From: Candidatus Omnitrophota bacterium | GTDB taxonomy: Bacteria; Omnitrophota; Gorgyraeia; Gygaellales; UBA12090 | Direction: 5' to 3' | Length of the DNA: 64,000 nucleotides | NCBI GenBank assembly: GCA_030674475.1 | Contig: JAUSCZ010000042.1 | Coordinates: 11,139-75,138 of the forward strand | Shown: positions 17,877-26,103 of the stretch, piece by piece | Layout of the letters: each line of letters begins with the position of its first letter | Numbering within the stretch: position 1 is the stretch's first letter | The notes under the pieces: generated by a model | What the model saw: the letters and a program-made list of their open reading frames with translations, nothing else | What the model was told of the DNA's origin: nothing | The model's database searches: none | Made by a program: the position numbers and the translations under genes

Positions 17877-19127
17877 ATGTCAAGGATAGCCATAGTTGAG
17901 GGGATAAGGACGCCTTTTGTTAAGGCCTGGACGGATTTTGGGGATATTCCGGCCCAGGAATTGGGGCGGATAGCGGTTAGAGAGTTGTTGGAGAGGACCA
18001 GTTTAGAGCCGAAGTTAGTGGATGAGGTAATCTTCGGTTCAGTAGCCAATCCTCCGGAGGCGGCTAATATCGCTCGGGTGATTTCCCTGCTTGCGGGGAT
18101 ACCGAAAGAAAAACGGGCTTATACCGTTTCCCGTAACTGCGCCTCGGGTTTTGAGGCGGTTACCAGCGCGGTGGAAAAGATTTTGACCGGGATGGATGAG
18201 GTGGTGATTGCCGGCGGGGCGGAGTCAATGTCCAATATCCCGATGTTTTATCCTCCCCAAACCGCCAAGCTATTCTTGAAACTGGCTAAAGCCAGGAATC
18301 CTTTAGAAAGAATTTCTCTATTCTGGGAATTGCTTAAACCCAGTCGTCTGCTAAAGCCGGTGATTGGCCTGCAATTAGGCCTGACTGACCCGGTCTGCGG
18401 CCTGAATATGGGCCAGACTGCCGAGATACTGGCTAAGGAATACGGGATAACCCGCAAAGAGCAGGATGAGTTCGCCTTAGTCAGCCATAATCGGGCGCTG
18501 AGCGCCAGGGAAAGGCTGAAAGAGGAGATTGTCCCGGTTTTTGTCCCTCCGAAATACGAAAAGACAGTTACCGATGATAACGGGGTGAGGGAGAAGATTA
18601 CTTTAGAAGATTTAGCCAAACTTAAACCTTATTTTGACCGCTATTCGGGAACCGTAACCGTAGGCAATGCCTGTCAGGTTACTGACGGGGCCTGCGCTTT
18701 GTTACTGATGAAGGAAGAAAAGGCCAAAGAATTGGGTTTTACGCCTTTAGGATTCATCCGCTCCTATGCCTATTGTGGCGTTGAGCCCAGCAAAATGGGC
18801 ATCGGCCCGGCCTTTGCCGTCCCGGAAGTCTTAAAGAAAGCCAGCCTGAAATTAAGCGATATAGAGTTATTAGAGATCAACGAGGCCTTTGCCGCTCAGG
18901 TAATTGCCTGCGAGAGGCATTTGGAGGCCGCTAATATAGGAAAGCTCAATCGCGAGATACTTAATGTCAACGGGGGAGCCATTGCCCTGGGCCACCCGGT
19001 AGGGGTTACCGGCAGCCGCTTGATTCTGACTCTGCTTAAGGAAATGCAGCGCCGGAACCAGCATTTAGGCCTGGCCTCGCTCTGCGTAGGCGGCGGTCAA
19101 GGCGCGGCAGTGATTGTGGAGCGTTAA
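17877..19127 (+). CDS. Acetyl-CoA C-acyltransferase (thiolase)
   Basis: Active-site NCASGFEAV. C-terminal GLASLCVGGGQGAAVIVE thiolase signature. Confidence 0.9.
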   Translation: MSRIAIVEGIRTPFVKAWTDFGDIPAQELGRIAVRELLERTSLEPKLVDEVIFGSVANPPEAANIARVISLLAGIPKEKRAYTVSRNCASGFEAVTSAVEKILTGMDEVVIAGGAESMSNIPMFYPPQTAKLFLKLAKARNPLERISLFWELLKPSRLLKPVIGLQLGLTDPVCGLNMGQTAEILAKEYGITRKEQDEFALVSHNRALSARERLKEEIVPVFVPPKYEKTVTDDNGVREKITLEDLAKLKPYFDRYSGTVTVGNACQVTDGACALLLMKEEKAKELGFTPLGFIRSYAYCGVEPSKMGIGPAFAVPEVLKKASLKLSDIELLEINEAFAAQVIACERHLEAANIGKLNREILNVNGGAIALGHPVGVTGSRLILTLLKEMQRRNQHLGLASLCVGGGQGAAVIVER

Positions 19128-19160
19128 TGTATATGTTATAATTTAAGCGGAGGTGAGATT

Positions 19161-19379
19161 ATGAAAGTAGCGGATATTCCTAAGATTTCTCGTTTAAGTA
19201 CGGCAGAGAAAATTTTATTCGTTGAGGATGTGTGGGATTCTATCGCTTCTAAAGAGCGTATTCCTATGCCTGAATCGCACAAGGCTGAACTGGACCGGCG
19301 ATCAGCAAAATATCAAAACCATGGCGGACGATTGCTCTCTTTAAAAGAACTGCAAGCGCGGATAGAAAAAAGAAAATAA
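19161..19379 (+). CDS. Putative addiction-module antitoxin (TIGR02574-like), partner of the ParE/RelE gene downstream
   Basis: 72 aa. MKVADIPKISRLSTAEKILFVEDVWDSIA... is typical of the small antitoxins found upstream of ParE/RelE genes. Its stop is 1 nt before the toxin start. Confidence 0.7.
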   Translation: MKVADIPKISRLSTAEKILFVEDVWDSIASKERIPMPESHKAELDRRSAKYQNHGGRLLSLKELQARIEKRK

Positions 19380-19380
19380 T

Positions 19381-19692
19381 ATGCGATATTTGTTGTCATT
19401 TTTGCCCGAAGTTGAAGAAGACACTGTTTCCGCGTATATTTGGTATGAAGAAAAATCCAAAGGTTTGGGCGAGGAATTCTTAAGAGCCTTTTATGCCAGT
19501 GCCGCGGAAATAGCCCGAACCCCCAATCTTTATCCCAAGATCTATAAAAACTTTCATCGTAAGCTACTTAAGCGATTCCCTTATGTTGTCTATTTTCTTA
19601 TTGAGAGTGGATCCGTTATAGTTTACGGCTTGTTCCATTGCGCCCGGAATCCGTATTCAATACAAGGAAAGATTGATGATAGGCCTTCTTAA
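19381..19692 (+). CDS. parE: ParE/RelE-family toxin
   Basis: 103 aa. N-terminal RYLLSF.PEVEEDTVSAYIWY, and overall ParE-like size and pattern. Confidence 0.7.
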   Translation: MRYLLSFLPEVEEDTVSAYIWYEEKSKGLGEEFLRAFYASAAEIARTPNLYPKIYKNFHRKLLKRFPYVVYFLIESGSVIVYGLFHCARNPYSIQGKIDDRPS

Positions 19693-19725
19693 TTACGCAA
19701 AAGAGATAAGGATGAGAGTTGACCT

Positions 19726-19792
19726 ATAGCTAGTCGTGGTGATGATCGTAACTAAGGGGTTAATTTCAAGTTTCAAGGCCTGACCCCTAAAG
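19726..19792. repeat. Approximately 67 bp repeat ending in the hairpin ggggttaatttcaagtttcaaggcctgacccc (copy 1)
   Basis: It recurs almost identically at 20652-20720. The terminal ~30 nt is the reverse complement of the fadJ start region (21879-21907) and of the fragment at 20547-20575. Confidence 0.8.
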
Positions 19793-20135
19793 TTCCCTGC
19801 TTTAATTAACTCTCAAACCCAACAAGCAATTGCACAAGAACAGGCTAATCAAGCAACCTTAAATAGAATACACGATATTTATCAAAGAAGCGCTGAAAGA
19901 CAACAGCAAAATATACAAACCTTTCAACAGAATATTGCTGATTGGAACGCTAACTGGTAAAAGAGCCATAATCAAGTAGGAACAAGATGGAATCCTATGC
20001 ACGTTACTGTCAATGATAAGAAAGAATGATAAGTTTAAAGGTGGAAAAGCAGATGTTTCTTATAAAATATGCATATGAATAAAAATAAACGGTTGTCATG
20101 CCTGTTTTTAAATTTTAGACGAAAGAGGCAAGGAT

Positions 20136-20450
20136 ATGGGAATGTCAGATAAAACACACGAAATTATAAATAAATTATATGTATTTGTAGATACCGGTAA
20201 TAAAAAACTGATAGAAAAGTATACATTAGAAGAAATGATCCAGGTGAAGTGTCACTATAAACCATATAACTCGAAGTTGCCAGACTTAACTCCAATCATA
20301 GATAATAGAATAAACGAACTTAAAGAGATTAATCTCGCAAAAAGGAAGAAAAGAGAAAAATGGTTAGATAGATTATTTGGTTTTATTTCTGGTATGGCAG
20401 TTACTTTAGCGAGCGTTTATTTAAAAGGTTGTTTGAAATTAGAAAAGTAA
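20136..20450 (+). CDS. Hypothetical small protein with a C-terminal TM helix, inside the low-GC insertion
   Basis: 104 aa, lysine-rich, with a C-terminal hydrophobic segment FGFISGMAVTLASVYL. The local sequence is AT-rich. I recognise no domain. A 21-codon hydrophobic mini-ORF (MNKKQLIVVWVVGGVMARRRK) follows at 20452-20517. Confidence 0.35.
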   Translation: MGMSDKTHEIINKLYVFVDTGNKKLIEKYTLEEMIQVKCHYKPYNSKLPDLTPIIDNRINELKEINLAKRKKREKWLDRLFGFISGMAVTLASVYLKGCLKLEK

Positions 20451-20546
20451 AATGAATAAGAAGCAATTAATAGTCGTTTGGGTTGTGGGTGGAGTTATGG
20501 CAAGGAGGCGGAAATGAGAAAAGTATTTGCTTTATTCAGAGAAAAA

Positions 20547-20575
20547 GGGGTCAGGCCTTGAAAGTTGAATTTATC
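20547..20575 (+). repeat. Diverged duplicate of the fadJ 5' end / RBS region
   Basis: ggggtcaggccttgaaagttgaatttatc matches ggggtcaggccttgaaacttgaatttatc at 21879-21907. Confidence 0.75.
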
Positions 20576-20651
20576 TTAACAATTCTGTTGTTTAGGATAC
20601 AATACAGTTATGGTCTGTCCTATAGATTGCATAAGAAGGGTGCTTTTATCA

Positions 20652-20720
20652 TATAACTAGTCGTGGTGATAATCGTAACTGAGGGGTTAATTTCAAGTTT
20701 CAAGGCCTGACCCCTAAAAG
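20652..20720. repeat. Copy 2 of the ~67 bp hairpin repeat
   Basis: Near-identical to 19726-19792. Confidence 0.8.
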
Positions 20721-20986
20721 CGTTTGCCGCAGGCGGATGCGCCTACGGCGCAAGAAAGTAGTTGGTAGTTAAAGTTTTTCGCTGTAATCAAAAAAAGCGC
20801 GAGGGCATAAATGAAAAAGAGGATGTCTCTGCAAGATAAGGCCTATGCGGCATTAAAAAAAGCGGTGCGGCAGGTTGTTCAACAGCATAAAAAAAACAGG
20901 TCGTCCTCTCGCGGTGTGGGAAAATGGCAGGGTAGTCCGCATTTCTCCTTACACGGTTAAATAATAGGGACAGCGGCCATTTTAAG

Positions 20987-21045
20987 AAGATGAAGCGCCG
21001 GAATCTGCACTTAGGCCTGGCCTCGCTGTGCGTAGGCGGCGGACG
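20987..21045 (+). pseudogene. Remnant of a thiolase 3' end, diverged from the resident thiolase
   Basis: It translates to KKMKRRNLHLGLASLCVGGGRN, versus KEMQRRNQHLGLASLCVGGGQG at the true thiolase C-terminus (19044-19098). The two differ at several nucleotides, so this is not an exact tandem copy. Confidence 0.6.
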
Positions 21046-21101
21046 GAACTTGACAAAACAATTATTTTGTGATACACTTTGTAATACAGGAGGCGATAAC
21101 A

Positions 21102-21389
21102 ATGTCCATTACTAAATCACACAACACAAAAGAGAAAATTATTACTGCTAGATGCGATACCCATGTTAAAGAAATTCTGTATCTTCTTAGTCAGTCAGAG
21201 CGCCTTTCTATGTCTGATGTTATAGCTAAAAGCATTCTCGAATATCATAAAAGACACTTTCCTGATCAGTCTTTTTCTGAAGAAGAGCAAGAACTATTTG
21301 GCAGACATAGCAGCTCCAAAGGTGATTTATCTATAAACAGGAAACGGTACTTAAAGGAGATGTTGAGTGGAAAACATGGCCGTAATTGA
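21102..21389 (+). CDS. vapB: Ribbon-helix-helix (CopG-like) antitoxin, VapB-type
   Basis: The ATG at 21102 is preceded by AGGAGG. ARCDTHVKEILYLLSQSERLSMSDVIAKSI is an RHH motif. It overlaps the PIN toxin gene by 23 nt. The six-frame ORF starts earlier, at 21069. Confidence 0.6.
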   Translation: MSITKSHNTKEKIITARCDTHVKEILYLLSQSERLSMSDVIAKSILEYHKRHFPDQSFSEEEQELFGRHSSSKGDLSINRKRYLKEMLSGKHGRN

Positions 21390-21798
21390 TGCCGGGCCTT
21401 TAATTGCCTTATTTGATAAATCCGATACGTATCACCAGAAGGTCAAGCATAGGCTTGAGGAATATCGTAAAGATGTCCAGGGAAGACTTATTACCACTTG
21501 GCCTATAATAACAGAAGTTACTTACATTTTGGAAGCACACGTTCATCTCGAAGCCCAGTTAGACTTCTTAAAATGGATTATTCTGGGTGGATTAGAAATG
21601 TTTGATCTAACCAGGGAGCATCTATCCAGGATAATCGAATTACAAAAGAAATATTCTAACCTTCCTATGGACTTTGCCGATGCTACTTTGCTTATTGGAG
21701 CTGAGGCCTTAGATACAACTAAAGTCTTTTCTCTTGATAAAGACTTCTCAATTTATCGCATGCTGGGCAAAAGACACATGGAGAATTTAATGAAATGA
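21367..21798 (+). CDS. vapC: PIN-domain toxin, VapC family
   Basis: AVIDAGPLIALFD, DFADATLL and FSLDKDF carry the conserved acidic residues of a PIN nuclease. Confidence 0.85.
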   Translation: MENMAVIDAGPLIALFDKSDTYHQKVKHRLEEYRKDVQGRLITTWPIITEVTYILEAHVHLEAQLDFLKWIILGGLEMFDLTREHLSRIIELQKKYSNLPMDFADATLLIGAEALDTTKVFSLDKDFSIYRMLGKRHMENLMK

Positions 21799-21890
21799 GA
21801 AAAAGATTTATAAATTGGTCATCAGTCATCCCTATCTACCCTGCCTACCGGCAGGCAGGCTGTTAAGGTTAATAAGAAAGGGGTCAGGCC

Positions 21891-24014
21891 TTGAAACTTG
21901 AATTTATCCTAAGCCTAAAAATAGAAAACGGATTTGCCGTCATAGAATTTGACCAGCCGGAGGCTAAGGTGAATGTCTTGTCTTCGGCGGTGATGAAGGA
22001 ATTGGAGGGGATAATCGCACAGTTAGCCTCCAAGCCGGATTTAAAAGGACTGCTCGTAGTAAGCAAGAAACCGGATATTTTTATTGCCGGGGCGGATATT
22101 AAGGAGATTGAGAATATTGCTTCCAGTTCCGAGGCCGAGGTTAAGGCTCAAGAGGGGCAGAAGATATTTAATGCTTTAGAGAAACTGTCTATTCCATCTA
22201 TTGCCTTAATTAACGGGGCCTGTCTGGGCGGAGGATTAGAGCTGGCTTTGGCTTGCGACTACCGTTTAGCCTGTTTCGGGGATAAGGTTAAGATTGGCCT
22301 GCCGGAGGTAAAGCTGGGGATAGTCCCGGGTTTTGGCGGCACCAAGCGCCTGCCGCGTTTGGTGGGACTGCAAAAAGGTTTACAGTTAATCCTGGCTGGA
22401 GAGGTGGTTTCTGCCGGTGAAGCTTTAAAGATTGGATTGGTTGACGGCTTGGCCAGTCAAAACCGCTTGCTTGAGGAAGGTATTGAGTTTCTTAAAAGCC
22501 ATCCCCATAAACGCCGGGGATATAAGCCCAGGCTTAAAGGCTGGCTGAATAAATTTCTGGACCGGAATTCTCTGGGACGGTCTATCTTGAAAGATCAAAC
22601 CCGGAAGTTGGTCTTGAAAACTACTAAAGGCCAATATCCCGCGCCGTTAAAGGCCCTGGAGGCAGTTGTTGAAAATTATAGCTCTTCTTTAGAAAGGGCC
22701 CTAGAGAGAGAGGCCCAGGTATTTGGGGAATTGGTAGTCGGGGAAATCTCCAAGAATCTGATTTCGCTATTTTATTTAACTGAGAAATATAAGAAAACCA
22801 AATGGAGTCAGGCCCAGCCTAGTAAGATTGGTAAGTGCGCGGTTTTGGGGGCGGGAGCAATGGGCGGAGGCATTGCCCAGTTATTTAGCGCTTATGGATT
22901 GCCGGTGCGGATGAAAGATTTAAACTATCCGTCATTGGGCCGCGGCCTAAGACAGGCCAGAGAGGTCTATGATTACGCGGTTAAGAAGAAAAAGCTCAAA
23001 AAAAATCAGGCGGTATTTGGAATGGGACTGATTTCTTCGACTTTGGATTACAGCGGATTTGCCAATGCGGATTTAGTGGTGGAGGCGGTGGTTGAGGATA
23101 TGAAGATAAAGCAGGCGGTCTTTGGTCAGCTTGATTCGGTGGTCAGTCCGCGGACGATCATAGCCTCAAACACCTCTTGTTTATCGGTTGAGCGGATGTC
23201 GGAGGGAGCGCGAAATAAAGAGCGGGTAATCGGGATGCACTTTTTTAACCCGGTGCACCGGATGCCTTTGATTGAGCTGATCCGCACCCCCCATACCAGC
23301 GAGGAGACAATCAGCACGATGGTTGAGTTCTCCCGGAAATTAGGCAAGACCCCGATTGTAGTCAGGGATTCCTGCGGCTTCTTGGTAAATAGAATCCTTC
23401 TGCCCTATCTTAACGAGGCCGGATTTATCCTGGAGGAAGGCATAAGTTTTGAGCGAATAGACAAAATTATGTTGGATTTTGGTATGCCAATGGGGCCGTT
23501 TACCTTAATGGATGAAATCGGATTAGATGTAGGCTATAAGGTGGCTTGTTTGTTAGAGGAAAATTTAGGGGCCAGGTTAAAGGTGCCCCAGATTTTCAAG
23601 AAAGTCTACGAGAAGAAATGGTTTGGCAAGAAAACCGGCCAGGGGTTCTACATTCATAGGACAAAAGAAAAAGAGCCGAATAAAGAGGTGAATGGTTTAT
23701 TACCGAATTCGCGAAAAGCTGTTATGAGTGACGAAGATATTTTAAGCCGGATGCTTTATCGGATGATTAATGAGGCGGCCTTTTGTTTAGAGGAAAAGGT
23801 CTGTAATGAGCCTGCGGATGTGGATATCGGGATGATTATGGGCACCGGTTTTCCGCCGTTTCGCGGCGGGCTTCTGCGCTACGCGGATAAACTTGGCGCC
23901 CAAAGAATCGCGCGAGAATCGCGTGAATTCGTGGATAAATTTAAAGCCGAGCGTTTTAGTCCTTGCGGTTTCTTGGTTGAATTGGCCAAGATAAACGGAA
24001 AATTCTATAGATAA
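21891..24014 (+). CDS. fadJ: Fatty-acid oxidation complex alpha subunit (enoyl-CoA hydratase plus 3-hydroxyacyl-CoA dehydrogenase), FadJ/FadB-like
   Basis: N-terminal crotonase fold. Central Rossmann GAGAMGGGIAQ. C-terminal 3HCDH domains. 707 aa. The TTG start lies inside the hairpin repeat. Confidence 0.9.
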   Translation: MKLEFILSLKIENGFAVIEFDQPEAKVNVLSSAVMKELEGIIAQLASKPDLKGLLVVSKKPDIFIAGADIKEIENIASSSEAEVKAQEGQKIFNALEKLSIPSIALINGACLGGGLELALACDYRLACFGDKVKIGLPEVKLGIVPGFGGTKRLPRLVGLQKGLQLILAGEVVSAGEALKIGLVDGLASQNRLLEEGIEFLKSHPHKRRGYKPRLKGWLNKFLDRNSLGRSILKDQTRKLVLKTTKGQYPAPLKALEAVVENYSSSLERALEREAQVFGELVVGEISKNLISLFYLTEKYKKTKWSQAQPSKIGKCAVLGAGAMGGGIAQLFSAYGLPVRMKDLNYPSLGRGLRQAREVYDYAVKKKKLKKNQAVFGMGLISSTLDYSGFANADLVVEAVVEDMKIKQAVFGQLDSVVSPRTIIASNTSCLSVERMSEGARNKERVIGMHFFNPVHRMPLIELIRTPHTSEETISTMVEFSRKLGKTPIVVRDSCGFLVNRILLPYLNEAGFILEEGISFERIDKIMLDFGMPMGPFTLMDEIGLDVGYKVACLLEENLGARLKVPQIFKKVYEKKWFGKKTGQGFYIHRTKEKEPNKEVNGLLPNSRKAVMSDEDILSRMLYRMINEAAFCLEEKVCNEPADVDIGMIMGTGFPPFRGGLLRYADKLGAQRIARESREFVDKFKAERFSPCGFLVELAKINGKFYR

Positions 24015-24067
24015 TTTAATAGTTGACGGTTACTTTAATCATTTCTAAATACGTTCATACAGTAATT

Positions 24068-24172
24068 CGTAGCGGTTGCCGCCCGCCTGCTCGCCTCGCG
24101 GCGAAGCCGAGGGCCGGCAGGCAGGTAAGGCAACGATATTACCGGGTCAGCGGACGCTGACCCCTACACGCT
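24068..24172. repeat. Intergenic palindrome-containing repeat (gtagcggttgcc...ccggcaggcagg...gggtcagcggacgctgacccc)
   Basis: Its reverse complement recurs at 52539-52615. The core cctgcctgccggcaggcagg is also found at 21829-21850 and 37249-37270. Confidence 0.8.
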
Positions 24173-24198
24173 AACTGCTACTATTAGGAGAGAAAAAT

Positions 24199-26052
24199 AT
24201 GGATATCTATGATAAAGGCATAAGTTCGGAAAAGAGAGAATCTTTGGAGCTGGCTGAGGCCTCGCGGGAGAAGGAATGGAACTATCCCAGCTTTGTCCGG
24301 GAGCTTTTTCACGGGGAGCTACCCTGGGATTTGGTGCATCCTTTCCCTCAACAATCTGAGGCAGAAAAGAAAATCGGCAGTGATTATTTAGAGAAGATAG
24401 AGAAATTTCTGCGGGCCAATCTTAATCCGGATGAAGTGGATAAAACCGGCGAGATGCCCCAGGAAGTGATTAAAGGCTTGGCGGATTTAGGGGCTTTCGC
24501 GATGAAAATCAAACCGGAATACGATGGTTTGGGATTAAGCCAGGTAAATTATAACCGGGTAATCCATTTGATCGCCAGCTACTGCGGCTCAACCACGGTG
24601 TTATTGTCCGCGCATCAGAGTATCGGCGTGCCCACGCCTTTGAGCCTTTTCGGGACACCGGAGCAGAAGAAAAAATATCTGCCCCGTTTTCGTCAGGGAG
24701 CGATTTCCGGTTTTGCCTTGACCGAGCCCTCCGCGGGTTCAGACCCCCGGACAATGAAGACTACCGCGGTGCCCACCGAGGACGGTCAGCATTATTTAAT
24801 CAACGGGGAAAAGCTCTGGATTTCTAACGGTAATATAGCCGACATCCTGATTGTGATGGCCAATACCCCGCCTAAGATAGAAAGAGGCAAAGAGAAAAAA
24901 CAGATTACCGCGTTTATTGTGGAGACTAATACCCCGGGTTTTGAGGCGGCTTACCGCTGTAGTTTTATGGGCTTGAAGGGAGTCCAACTGGGGCTTTTAA
25001 AATTTAATAATGTCAAGGTGCCTAAAGAGAATATTGTTTTAGGTGAAGGCCAGGGCTTGAAGCTGGCCTTCCTTACTCTAAATACCGGCCGGCTGACTAT
25101 TCCGGCGGCCTCCAGCGGAATGAGTAAATGGTGTTTAGCGGTTGCCCGCGAGTGGTCTAAGGAAAGAAAGCAATGGGGACATCCCATTGGTGAACATGAG
25201 GCGGTGGCTACTAAGCTTTCTCTGATTGCCGCCAATACCCTGGCTATAGACGCGGTTACCTGGCTTACTTCACAGATGGCTGATGCCAAGAAATTGGATA
25301 TCCGCTTAGAGGCGGCTATGGCCAAGCTTTTTTCTTCGGAGGCCGCCTGGAAGGTGATTGATGATACCTTTCAGATCCGGGGAGGAAGAGGTTTTGAAAC
25401 CGCCCTGTCTTTAAAGGGCAGGCACGAGCCGGGCTATGCCGTGGAGAGGGTGTTTCGGGATGCCCGGATAAACCTGATTATTGAAGGCACCAGCCAGATA
25501 ATGCGGCTTTTCATTGCCCGGGAGGCTTTGGACCCGCATTTAAAGAGGATGCTTTCGGTTATGGGCCCCAGGGTTTCTATAGTAGGAAGGATAAAGGCGG
25601 CGCTATCCACCGGATTGTATTATTTAGCCTGGTATCCTAAATTATGGCTTCCTTCTAAGCGGGATTTTTCGGACTTGCCTGATGAACTTCGGGGGCATCT
25701 GCGTTTTGCCAGTTATGCTACTAAACGTTTAGCCAGGACCATATTTTTGAATATGCTTATTCATCAACAACGTTTGGAATCCAAGCAGAATCTTTTAAAC
25801 CGTTTTGTGGATATCGGAATGGATCTTTTTGTAATTTCAGCAATTTGCTCTTACGCCGTATCGTTGAATAAAGCTCAGCAGAAGTCCGGCTCTCCTGTTG
25901 AGCTGGCAGATTTATTTTGCCGCCAGGCCCGGGAGCGGATTGCCGGAAATTTTAAGGATATTTCTAATAATTATGATCAGCCCGCGCTCAAAATAGCCAA
26001 AAAGATCCTTAGCGGCGACTTTGAGTGGCTGGAGAACGAAATCATTAAATAA
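24199..26052 (+). CDS. Acyl-CoA dehydrogenase (long form with C-terminal extension)
   Basis: ACAD N-terminal, middle and C-terminal domains (GFALTEPSAGSDP, FQIRGGRGFE). 617 aa. Confidence 0.85.
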   Translation: MDIYDKGISSEKRESLELAEASREKEWNYPSFVRELFHGELPWDLVHPFPQQSEAEKKIGSDYLEKIEKFLRANLNPDEVDKTGEMPQEVIKGLADLGAFAMKIKPEYDGLGLSQVNYNRVIHLIASYCGSTTVLLSAHQSIGVPTPLSLFGTPEQKKKYLPRFRQGAISGFALTEPSAGSDPRTMKTTAVPTEDGQHYLINGEKLWISNGNIADILIVMANTPPKIERGKEKKQITAFIVETNTPGFEAAYRCSFMGLKGVQLGLLKFNNVKVPKENIVLGEGQGLKLAFLTLNTGRLTIPAASSGMSKWCLAVAREWSKERKQWGHPIGEHEAVATKLSLIAANTLAIDAVTWLTSQMADAKKLDIRLEAAMAKLFSSEAAWKVIDDTFQIRGGRGFETALSLKGRHEPGYAVERVFRDARINLIIEGTSQIMRLFIAREALDPHLKRMLSVMGPRVSIVGRIKAALSTGLYYLAWYPKLWLPSKRDFSDLPDELRGHLRFASYATKRLARTIFLNMLIHQQRLESKQNLLNRFVDIGMDLFVISAICSYAVSLNKAQQKSGSPVELADLFCRQARERIAGNFKDISNNYDQPALKIAKKILSGDFEWLENEIIK

Positions 26053-26103
26053 CCTTTTCGCGTAATCTGTTCTCTGTTCTCTTCCGAGCAAAGCGAGGAA
26101 AAT

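Noticed and set aside
19803-19961. Q-rich open frame (LINSQTQQAIAQEQANQ...NIADWNANW) in the AT-rich part of the insertion
   Set aside because: It has no start codon or RBS. It is probably a remnant of a degraded gene, so I listed it only as context for the insertion.
19726-20720. Integron-like cassette array (TA cassettes with attC-like imperfect inverted repeats)
   Set aside because: There is no integron integrase or attI, and the repeats lack recognisable R/L core sites (GTTRRRY). Recombination through duplicated gene-end homology explains the pattern better.
20788-21102. 104 aa minus-strand ORF in the TA insertion
   Set aside because: It is antisense to the thiolase remnant and to a short plus-strand ORF (MKKRMSLQDKAYAALKKAV..., 20813-20962). 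It is Arg/Pro-rich with no recognisable fold or RBS. It is more likely a chance ORF in GC-rich remnant DNA.
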